Shown one piece after another: positions 25,465-42,090 of a DNA stretch of 64,000 nucleotides. The DNA lies in the NCBI GenBank assembly GCA_002104945.1, contig MCFH01000038.1, positions 372,001-436,000 on the forward strand, given 5' to 3'. Within the stretch, counting starts at the first letter, position 1, and each line of letters starts with the position of its first letter. The notes beneath the pieces were generated by a model, which was not told where the DNA came from, made no database searches, and saw only the letters and a program-made list of their open reading frames with translations. The stretch comes from Piromyces finnis finn (lineage: Eukaryota > Fungi > Neocallimastigomycota). The translations under genes were made by a program, and so were the position numbers.

Positions 25465-27263
25465 TTATAGATTTATATGTTTTGTGCCTTTTATTCCTAA
25501 ATTATTGTCTATTTTCTCTAGTATATGTCCTTTTGTTTCTATACTATACCTTATTGGGACAAAAACAGATATAATATTATTAAGGATAAGAAGAATAATT
25601 ATTTTAGAACCTCATAGTTTGATAAAGTATGGCATTATAGAAATCACTAATCCATAATTAAAAAATTGAGTATTAGAACCTAAGGCTGAACTTTTGATTC
25701 TTAATCTCATGGGAAAAACTTCAGCTTTATAGATCCAGGGAATTACTATCCAAGACGTGATAAAAAAAAAGGGTCACACAAAGAATAAAAAATTAATAGT
25801 GATGTGATACTATTAGAGAATAAGGATTGCATTGTGTCACATAGATTATTCATTTGACTTGTATAGTTAGAATGAAATGAAAACGAAGGATTGTCCCATG
25901 AAATGGCATTAACACTATAACTACTATAATAATGAACATTACAATGGCAACTATTCTTGAAAAAATCAATATTAAGGTGGTCGTCATGATATTTTAAATT
26001 TTCAATATTTTCCTGATGACATTTGTCATACGTTTCAAATATTGAATCAGTTGTGAAAAAAAAGTTGGATTTAACGGATTTAAAAGATTGTGATGACTAA
26101 CAAAATAAACTAAAAATATTGAAAATGAATATAAAAAATGAGGTCAATAAAAATATATATTTACAACCTTATTTTTCTGTATAGTATGAAAATTGAAACA
26201 CACCAGATAATAAAAATAGTCCCGTAGAAAAATAAAAAAAAGAAAAAGTGACTATCTTAAAATATCTGGGCATATCACCAAAAGATCTAATAAAAAATAT
26301 TTGACATTGTAAAAGTGTGATACAAGTCCATTGTTGGAAAATATGAGGGTATATTGTACTATAGGTACGACGACGAATATCTGGTTAAAAAAGATTAGAA
26401 AATGAAGATTGTCCAATAGATCGATTAAAATTAATATTTTTTTTAAGAATATTGTAATTTTCTTGTAAACTGGAATTATCCTTGTTTGGTGGTTTTTCCA
26501 TTTTAGTTAAAATTGTTACGGCTTCATGATCAAATTGTTTATAAGATAAAACCATCTTGGTGTTTTAGGAATAAAATATAGAAATATATAGAAAATAATA
26601 CTGAAAATACATTGAAGAGAAAAAGATATTCCCCAATACAAATTCCATGTTGACACGTAATTTGAAATAGCATCAAATTGATTGCCCTTTCCTTGTACTT
26701 TATTTGACATTGTTAAGATAAATGAATATTTATTATGGTAGATACATAAATTATCATGAAGTAATATCCAGAAGTTATACATCGTTCATTTTCTGGTACA
26801 ATTTCTGCTATATATACAGATCATATAGTTGTAATGTAACTGATGCCTATTCTAATCACTAGCCGTCCTATAATTAACATTATTATATTAGAAGAGAGGG
26901 TACTTATCCTATATCCAAAAAATAAAATTAGAAATGAAAAGCGTAATGTATTTTTTCTACTTTTTTTATCAGTAATATAAGAAGATATTAATGAGCCAAT
27001 AATAGCATCTACTACATAACCCCCATGAAACAAAAAATTTAATAATATCTCCTTTATCATTTTCTGTTAAGTTTTGATAGTTAGGTAGGTCCTCTGGGTT
27101 TAGTCCAGATAGAACAGTACCATATTCATTACGATAACTACCATTCCAAGTACTTAATTTAAAATAGAGTCTTAAAGGATCCATTAGCTGAACTGTTTCA
27201 TTAAAGCTATATCACAACCATTGATAAAACCTAAACTACTGGAAGCTAATATTACCAATTCAT
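25465..27263 (-). pseudogene. Sugar porter (MFS) pseudogene, paralogous to 15252-17039
   Basis: Fragments in different frames: VILASSSLGFINGCDIALM, LMDPLRLYFKLSTW, IIGSLISSYITDKKSRK, IIGRLVIRIG, FIPKTPRWF, and IPWIYKAEVFPMRLRIKSS...PYFIKL*GSK (TGA where the paralog has W). Several frameshifts and stops. Confidence 0.85.
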
Positions 27264-27829
27264 TTTATATTATTTTATTGAAAAAAGAAAAAAAGTATAC
27301 TTTTTTTCTTTTTTAATTTATAGTTTATAAAATTACTTTTAAATTGATATATTGTTATTGTTTATTAATTTTTAGATAATTATTCGGATGACTTGACTTT
27401 ATTATAATTATTATTTATTAATATGTTATTTATTATTATTGCTATGGGAATGTTTATTGATGTACTAATCTTTAATTATTTACATGTAAAATTGAAATTT
27501 CAAAAATACAATTTAATATTTTAATTATTATTATTTTATACTCTTCCTTTTACTTACTTTTATGAAATTGTTTTTATAATGTCTTAATTATACCATTAAT
27601 AGATTAATTTTTTTTTTTATTTTTTTTTTTTATTTTTATTATTACTTATTTTAAATTGTCCATTTCTATTCAACTTTTTTTTTTTTGGTTGCCTTCTTAA
27701 TTTCATAAATAATAAAAATTATGACCATGTTTCACAATCTATATTAGATCATATGATCCATTATATGATTCAGGTTAAATTTTTATGTTGAAATGATATA
27801 AAATTTTATTAATAACTAATCCATATCTA

Positions 27830-27905
27830 GTCGGAACCTTTGGTTTTTAATTTCATGAGGAAAAAAAACAGCTTTATAGAACCAAGGTATCATTATCCAA
27901 GAAGT
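27830..27905 (-). pseudogene. Second short remnant of a sugar-porter gene (TM10-11 region)
   Basis: DNA similarity to 25675-25755; translates as WIMIPWFYKAVFFLMKLKTKGS versus IPWIYKAEVFPMRLRIKSS. Confidence 0.6.
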
Positions 27906-27939
27906 AATTACAATAAATAAAATATTTATTGAAAATATA

Positions 27940-29490
27940 ATAATTTTCTCGGGAAGTTAGGATTGTGTTATGGTATCGATAATACTATCACTATCATATC
28001 ATTATCTGAAGTGATATTACCAGAAGAATTATTATCTGTAGCATTATTAGAATTATCGCTTGAAGAAATTAATGCTTTGTAAAATTCAGTCGGAATACCA
28101 TCTGGACCAGATACTTTATAATTAGGAGTAGAGAGGATAGCCGACTTGACTTCATCAATATTAATATCTTGGTTGATATCCCATTCGTCAAGCATAGGGA
28201 GTAAAAAAACGTTTATTCGTTGGTTCTTCATACCAACCCTTCAAATCAAGACTTAACATCACTTGGATCATATGCAAGATTTTCGAGATGATCATGCTAC
28301 ACCTCTAGTTGTTCTTCTGTAACAACAACTAAGGCTCCACTTTTATTTTTAATTGGTTGAGCAATAAAGAAAGTATCTTTTCCAATTTTTGCAGTTTTCT
28401 TGGTCCATTTCCAGGCCTTCTTAGGATTATGACTCTTCATATACTCACAACCTGTTTTAATCCAATGAAGACATTCTTGTTTCCTGTGCTCATTACATCT
28501 TTTGTGGATATAATCGATGAGCTTACGGTAGATTTTAATCCTTTTCATGGTTTCATCTATATCATAAATTCTTTCTTTTTTAAATCTCCTTTACAAGGAG
28601 ACTCTGTATTCGATCCAGAACCATTACCAGTTTCTTGGAAACACAAAAATAATGGTTTGAAAATAGCTGTGGAAATAACTAATACTATCTTTTTTTTCGT
28701 GATTCCACCCATTAGTGTTCCAACTAAGATAAAAAGAAAAGTTATCAGGCTTGTTGAACGAGGAAGGATCGTTGCTATTACTATTATAGTCATCATTATT
28801 AATGGACGATGCGTCAGAGACGTTAGTTGAACTATTATTAGATGGCTGTGTAACTGAAGAACTATCGACTATTGAACTGTTATCAGAGTTGATAGAACTA
28901 TTAGAATTAATTGTTGAATGTTGAGGTTGTAATTGTGTTTGTTATAGATCTGGAATATTTTTAATGTTGAAGATCTTGTTGAAGTTGAATTTGATGAGAT
29001 TGTTGAATTGATTGTTGATATTTATTGGAAACTAAAAAATAAATCCATGCTTGAGTGAAGGAAAAGTGTATTTGTGATTCCTTTTACTACGAGCTGAAAA
29101 GGAAATTGAAGCAACGGAAAGTTTCTTCTTTAAGGTGTGTAAGATTTTATTTCAGTCTTTCATTGAACCATAAACCTTGACTAAGAAAAAGTGATCATTG
29201 AAATTCTTAAAATATTAAACAATAATAACACTGAATTAAATTTATTCTTCAGAATAATCTCGAGTTTTTTTTTTTTTCATAGCTTATAATTGACCATGAT
29301 CGAATACTACGGCGGATAAAGAAGGAGCAAATGTTTTTAAATTTTAGGATTAATTTAATTAAAATTAGAATACTTGTTACATAAAAAATAAAATTAAAAA
29401 TAAAAACAAAAGTAAAATAAAAAAAAAAAAAAATAGGTGTAAATAAACACAAATGAATATAAAAATACAATGAAAATGCTAAAGTTGACT
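27940..29490 (-). mobile_element. Degenerate 5'/middle fragment of the same LINE family (APE endonuclease N-terminus, linker, start of RT) preceded by a 3'-UTR-like segment
   Basis: APE-like LVGTLMGGITKKK...FLCFQET (~28620-28735), linker KAWKWTKKTAK...QPIKNKSG, and YKVSGPDGIPTEFYKAL. The segment 28060-28290 is highly similar to 20290-20510. The segment 29330-29460 resembles the family 3' UTR. Confidence 0.8.
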
Positions 29491-29976
29491 ACATTGGATT
29501 CTTACAAAAGAAGAGTTGTACTACATATATAAAAGAAAAAATTCAGCAACAAAATGTATTACTCTTCTAATTAAATACTATACAAACTTACCTGAATACC
29601 ACCATTCAACCTATTCCCCCAAAAAAATATCAAATATTATTACACTCAAATCTACTTTTATAAACAAAATATTATATTTAAAATATCTATTAATTTTATT
29701 ATGCCATTATAATTATTTAATGGTTTTTTTTTAATAAAATCTTTTAATAATAATTAAATGATAATTTACAATTTTCTAATTTATATTTTTATAAAGTAAA
29801 TAAATAATTTGAAAAAAAAAAAAGTAAACTGGTTCTAAAATAATAATATATATACTTTTCAAAAATTATATACATAATTTAATTCATTCAAAATCTATGA
29901 TTCTCTTTTTTTAAAAAAAAATGATCTTATTGTCTATAGACATTAGATGAATATTATTATTAATGATAATATTCAC

Positions 29977-31317
29977 TTAGTACCAATGCCATGCGCCTTG
30001 GTTCCATTGGTTGTTACCCCATTGATTGTTTCCTTGATCCCATGGGTTACCACCTTGGTTACCGCCTTGGTTCCATTGATTGTTACCCCATTGGTTTCCA
30101 CCTTGGTTCCATTGATTGTTTCCTTGATCCCATGGATTACCACCTTGGTTCCATTGGTTGTTACCCCATTGATTTCCACCTTGATTCCATTGGTTATTTC
30201 CTTGATCCCATGGGTTACCACCTTGGTTCCATTGGTTGTTACCCCATTGATTGTTACCTTGATCCCATGGATTACCACCTTGGTTACCACCTTGGTTCCA
30301 TTGGTTGTTACCCTGATCCCATGGGTTACCACCTTGGTTACCGCCTTGGTTCCATTGATTGTTACCTTGATCCCATGGATTACCACCTTGGTTACCGCCT
30401 TGGTTCCATTGATTGTTACCTTGATCCCATGGATTACCACCTTGGTTACCACCTTGGTCGAAATTAGCACCTTGGTTATTATCAGATTGGGCTGGAGCTT
30501 GTTCAGTTGGGGCTTGTTCAGTTGGAGCTTGTTGAGTTGGGGCTTGTTGAGTTGGAGCACCACCAGCAGCACCACCACCATTACCTTGACCAATATAAAC
30601 CTTAGCATATGGGAAATCTGCGGTACCACTAGTACCAGCACCGTTACTACCAGCTTCACCTAAAATTTTAGCTTCGTGCATTTTACCCATAGTCATACCA
30701 AGCTTTTCCCATTGGGCAAAGTGAGCTGAAATATCAATTGTACCACATTCACGTGGAGTTTGACGAATACTGAAATATTGCTTGAAAGTGGTATCTCCAT
30801 CAATACTTGGACCAGTACGAGTGTTTTCGAAAACAGTATATTGAGCACCATCAATAGTGAAATCACCGTGTTTCTTGTTACCAACCCAATCACCTGGACG
30901 AGATGGACTAAGCCAGTTATCAACAATATAGTATTCTACAAGTGGACTTCTGGTCCAACCGTAAATACCAACATAAGAATAATCAACATTAGCAATGTTT
31001 TGCTTGACAAGTTTGAAGTCAGCATACATATGACCAATTTGAGAGTGAGATTGAGTACTGTCGAAGGAAAGACCGGAACGACATAAATAATCCTTAGCAT
31101 TAGAGAAAGAACAAGAGAAAGAACCATCAGAATAGAAAGTAGCACTGTTGTTACCACTATCAGCCCACATTTCATAACCAACACCACCAATGGAACCAAC
31201 CTTATTTCCGGTTTCCTTAACACTTTGACCAGAGTGAGAAGCACCACTACAGAAACTTTGAGCTAAAGTAGAAGTAGCTAAAGATAAAACAACTGGAATG
31301 AACTGAGAAAATTTCAT
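29977..31317 (-). CDS. Secreted endo-1,4-beta-xylanase, glycoside hydrolase family 11, with Q/N/G/W repeat tail
   Basis: Signal peptide MKFSQFIPVVLSLATSTLA. GH11 motifs YVGIYGWTRSPLVEYYIVDNW, GPSIDGDTTFKQYFSIR, HFAQWEKLGM and GEAG (both catalytic Glu present). It closely resembles, from memory, the Neocallimastix XynCDBFV-type domain. Intronless. Confidence 0.96.
   Translation of the reverse strand: MKFSQFIPVVLSLATSTLAQSFCSGASHSGQSVKETGNKVGSIGGVGYEMWADSGNNSATFYSDGSFSCSFSNAKDYLCRSGLSFDSTQSHSQIGHMYADFKLVKQNIANVDYSYVGIYGWTRSPLVEYYIVDNWLSPSRPGDWVGNKKHGDFTIDGAQYTVFENTRTGPSIDGDTTFKQYFSIRQTPRECGTIDISAHFAQWEKLGMTMGKMHEAKILGEAGSNGAGTSGTADFPYAKVYIGQGNGGGAAGGAPTQQAPTQQAPTEQAPTEQAPAQSDNNQGANFDQGGNQGGNPWDQGNNQWNQGGNQGGNPWDQGNNQWNQGGNQGGNPWDQGNNQWNQGGNQGGNPWDQGNNQWGNNQWNQGGNPWDQGNNQWNQGGNQWGNNQWNQGGNPWDQGNNQWNQGGNQWGNNQWNQGGNQGGNPWDQGNNQWGNNQWNQGAWHWY
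29985..30470 (-). repeat. Coding tandem repeat (GGNQ / GGNPWDQ / GNNQWNQ modules) forming the xylanase C-terminal tail
   Basis: Reshuffled 12-21 bp modules, e.g. CAAGGTGGTAACCAAGGCGGTAACCCATGGGATCAAGGTAACAATCAATGGAAC, repeated ~9 times. Confidence 0.9.
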
Positions 31318-33860
31318 TTTATTTTTTCAATACTTTACAAATTAATATTTACAAATTTTATATAATTCAATTTACTGTACAAATAATTATAATAATAAAA
31401 GATAAATGAATTAAACAAAATTGAATAAATAATAATAAAAAAGAAAAAACTTTTCCTTTTTATATCAAAATTATTTTAAATTAATTTATTATTCTTTTCA
31501 TTGTATTCAAGCATCAGATTTAAATTAAAAAAATAAAATTTTAATATTCTAAAATATTTTTTAATATATTATTTATTTAATATAAATGACACTCAAAAGT
31601 TTAATGATTATTATGCTAAGTTTTAAATTAATTTTAATAATATTAAAGATTTTATTTTGGAGACACTCTTAGATAAATAATAAATATAATAATAAATATT
31701 GTAAGAAAATGTAAGAAATCAACTTTTATATCAATGCTTTAATATGTTTATATAAAAATGCATAAATTATATATAATTATGTTAATAAACATGCTAGTGC
31801 TATTATTGTTTATAATATAACAACAATGTTATGAGTATTTTTTTTTTAGTAGAGTATATATGTATAGTATTCTTTATACCATCCATTTATTAAATTTTAT
31901 TTAACAACGGCATGTATTCAAACAAATTAATATATCAACATGATAAAACATTTGTACTACAATCTATATAATTCTTAATATATTTAATGTTACACTGATG
32001 GTAATGAAAAATAGCCAATATTTAAAATTTAATATTTTATTTTTTATGTAAAATAAATCTAAAATCCTCCAATGATTATTCACGAATATTTTTTTATTTT
32101 TTTGTTTTTATGAGTAAATGTTGTTTTAATGAAAAGTGGTTATGAATATAAATATAATCTCTTAATTTTTAATATTAAATTCTATCAAATAGTAATAAGT
32201 TATTACTTTTTAGAAAATGAATTATTGTATATTTTAATAATTTCATTGCTTTTTTTCAAATTTTAATTAAAAACATTCTATTTATAGTATTTTATTAAAT
32301 TTTATTATACAATTTTTAATATATAATTTTAATTATTATAAAAATGAAAGTAATGTTTTGACTGTTTATTTTAAATATAAACCACCAAAATTCAAGAAAT
32401 ATATTATAAATATTAATTTTAAATTTAATTAATATATTATTATTTTGTAACAAGTAAAATATATTTTGTTTTATATTAAAAAAAAAAATAGATTAAAAAC
32501 GGCAATGTTATTTAATATACAAAATATTCATTTTAACCAATTACATCTTAGATTTTAATGAGATAATTTAAAATCAACGATAATAATAATATTTTATTAC
32601 TATAGAAATATTAAATCGTTGAAATCTTGTTTTAATCCGATTTCTTTAATATTATTAAATATTATTATTATTATTATAATATTATTATTATAGTCATTAT
32701 TTATTTGTTTCACCTTCAACCTAAAAGTTTACTTGGAACAAATTAAAGTCTATTTATACTAATAATGGAATATTCCATATATATTGGTAAAATATTACCA
32801 CTATTATTCTGTATATTTAAAATGGAAAATGGGATAAAATTTTGATAGAATTATAAGATATATATCAATCTATTATATAAAGAACATTTGAATTATAGTG
32901 GATGTTTTTTTTTTTTTTTTGCTTTTAATAACCGACTATAGTTGTATAATCAATATATATATATATTACCTTAATAAACTAAATTATATATATCTTAATT
33001 TGAATTATAAATATATTTATCAAAGGTTTTATTTTAACAACAATTTTATCATAATATTATTATATTTTATATTTTTTTATTATAAATTTGAAAATCATTT
33101 TTTTTATGGAAAGTTTTTTAATTATAAATAATAATCAAATATTATGTATAATTTAATGTTTTTAAAGTAAAGAGATCAAAAATTTATCTAGAGATTGTTA
33201 AAACTAAATAATTTTTATTTTATTTTTTTTCAATATATATATATATAATAACTTGTTCTTTTATATTTTAGTAAAATTAGGAAAAATGCTTTTTTTATTG
33301 TTTTTAATTATAAAATAAAATAATGAAAGTGAACAATTTACTTAAAATTATTACATTAAATATTAATTTAACTAATATTGTATTATTAATTAATATGGAT
33401 CTTCCATTTTTTATTTTAAGGAAATTTAAATATGAAAAAAAAATTTTTTTAATTATCATAATCATAATAACTATAATGTAATTATAATTATATATTTTTT
33501 ATAATATTTTGGATTATTTTAATCTAGAAAGTCAAAAATTTCCTATTTTATTTATTATGCTTACTTTTATTATTATATAATAAACTTTTTTTTTATTTTT
33601 TTAAAAAAAAAAGAATAAAAGAGTATTTAATATTGAATTATGTAACTTTATATCGAAATAATCTAACCATACCATAAAGCTCTAGAAATAGCAATTTTAT
33701 TATATATTTATTATCATATACTCTATACTAATTCAGTAACTGCATATATATATATATAAAAGAACATTAAATAAAGATTATTTTTTTCATGTAATATTAT
33801 ATTAATTTCATAAGAAATAACAACAACAACAACAACAACAACAAAAAAAAAAAAATATAA

Positions 33861-39086
<5,226 letters not shown>

Positions 39087-40396
39087 AATAAAAATTCATA
39101 TCTTTATCGGTATTTTTAATATAGAAATATTTAATAATTAAAGTCAATTCTATATATTATTTTAGAAAATACGTAATTATATTTTATCATTTCCACTTTT
39201 ATACTAATTAGATTTTCCATAATTCATTCTTTTTTCGATATCTATCTATTAATGAATTAATTTTTTTATTTGTTAGTCTTTTTTTTTTTTAAAAGCAAAT
39301 GCTATTTTGTATTAAAGTTAAGAGTAATATATATTTAAAATTATTGATATTTTTTACTTACTTTTTTTTATTTTGAAATTATTAAAAAAAAAAAAAAAAA
39401 AAAAAAATAAAAATAAAAATTAATAAAAATAATAAAAATAAAAATACTATCTTCATTTCTATAAGAAATTAAAAATAAAGCATACAAAATATATAGAAAT
39501 TAAAAAAAATAAAGTTTTTAAAGTTTGGGTATTTTAAAAATCTACACAAACGATTTAAAATTTATATAAAAATAAAAACACTTTATATAAATTTTTAGAG
39601 TAATTAAAGATTTCGGATAATTCACAACTACTACATATCATGTAATAAATATCCAAGAATATAATTACCGATAATGCTTTTTTTATTATATCTTTTTTTT
39701 TTTTTAAATTATACTTTGACTAAAAAGTAATATTTACTTATTTAAAAAAGGAATTATTTAATATGTCAATCTAAATGACTTTCTATATATATCAAGTTAT
39801 TTCATAAAACTTTATTATTTAAATATTCAATATCAATTCATTTAGTTAAAAAAAACTAAATAAATATGAAGTAATTAAATTCTATGATAACCAAGTTTTA
39901 TTTTTTTTTTTGTATTTAGAATATACTTATCGTAAATTTATTAATTTTGTGCTTTTATTAAAAGAAATTATATGATATTATTTATATCAAAATATAAAAT
40001 ATAAAATTTTATAGTTATTTTGGTTCAAGTAATTTTAATTCATATAACAAAAAAAAAAAAAAAAACTTTTTATAATTACTGAGAACTGAGAATGATAAAG
40101 AATATTTATGGATATTATAATTTATCAAATATATATATATATATATATATATTAGACTTTTTCGTTGACATATTTGTTTTTTAAAAACTTTAAAATTAAA
40201 ATTATATTATTATAAATAATTTTTAATGAAAGAATGACAAGAAGTATTATTCAAATCATCCATTCAACATAAAAAAAATAATAATTTATAAAAGATAAAT
40301 TTTCTTTTTACTCAATATATAAATAAATATTTTATATAGAATGTAATATTGTTGAAATAATATTCAAATAATAAAAAAAAAGTACTGTTATAATAA

Positions 40397-42017
40397 ATGT
40401 TTCTGAAAATTCAATATAAAATTATATTTTTATTATTACAAAGTATTATCTTATGGAGAATATGCATATCCATAGATGTATCTATTCCAAATGAAAAATA
40501 TAATTTTGACAATATAAATGATTTAATATCTAGTTACTCTGAAAAATATAAAACTATTAATATTTATATTAATCAAGACTATTATACTCCAGATGTTTCG
40601 TTAATAACAAAACAGTTATTAGTTCCGTCCAATACAAATATTACTTTGATTGGAAATCCTAATAACAAAAATGGAACTATGTTTGATTTTTCTAATAATA
40701 AATTTTGTTTTTATTCATTTATTTTTGAGGAATACACAGGACAACAATTCAAATTTGAAAATATCACTTTCACCAATTATATAGATGTTAATAAAAGTGA
40801 AAACTCATTGTTTCATACGAGATCACTATATAGTACTAATTTTAGTATTATATTTAAAAATTGTGTTTTTGATACTGGAAATGCTTCAATATTACTGTTA
40901 GAAATTCAAATAAATATTAAGAATAACTTAAATGAATATCAATTTTTATTTGATTCTTGTAGATTTAAGTAATAATAATATTATTAAATAAAATATGTTT
41001 TTATTTAAATACCTTATATATATATACTTTTACTATAAATGTTTTATATTATAATATTCAGTAATTTTAACGGGAACAATCTATTTGTATTAAAAAAACC
41101 AGAAAAAAGTTATTATTATGTTAACCACTATGGAATAAAGATAATAAATTCTGAATTTAATAATTGTAGTGATTTATTTTTATGCTATTTTGGCAATATA
41201 ATGATTGATAATTGTAAGTATTTAGCTTTCTTTTTTTTTTTTTTATAATTATAATTATTATAATAACTAATATAAAATTTTATCATTTTTATAAATAAAA
41301 GGTAAATTTATTGATATATCTTCAATGTCAAAAAACGCTGCATTTATTGAATTATTGTATGATTCTACGTTTGAAATAAAAAACTCAATATTTATTAATA
41401 CAAACATTGTTAATAGATCTGTTCCTTTTTTTATAGGAAATGGAAATAAGATGGAGTAATATTAAAATTTATACTATATTATATTTTTCTATAATAAAAA
41501 TAAAACGTAAATTAAAAAAATATATGCTTTTTATATTCATATAATAAAAGTTTTTACAATATAACTATGAAAAATATTCAAGATGGTATTGGTTATATAA
41601 TAAAGGACATTGGACAAAATAGTAAAATTAATGTTATCAATATAACAGATTCATATTTTGAGAGTAAAATTTAAAGAATCAATTTTATTTTTACTACAAA
41701 AAATAAAACTATTTATTAATATATTTATCTATTTAATATGGATTCCTGGATTATTATGTATATTACTTTAATACAGATATTAGTTCATTAGTTTATGGTG
41801 AAAATATAAATACATTTATATCAAATTCGGTATTTTATAACATATCGGGTAAAAGCTCGTTTCCAACAATAGCAACATCAAAATATAGAAATACAACTAT
41901 AAGTAACTGTAAATTTAAAGATATCAAGTAATAATAAACATAATAATAATAAACATAATAATAAACATAATAAACATAATAAACATAATAAACATAATAA
42001 TAATAATAATAATAAAC

Positions 42018-42090
<73 letters not shown>

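Noticed and set aside
29985-30470. Repeat array considered as CRISPR-like
   Set aside because: There are no unique spacers, the units are in-frame coding modules, no cas genes are present, and the context is eukaryotic.
29947-31247. Long overlapping ORFs on both strands over the xylanase (238, 228, 158, 108, 103 aa)
   Set aside because: Stop-free shadows of the repeat tail and biased codon usage. Only the 29977-31317 frame has a signal peptide and GH11 motifs.
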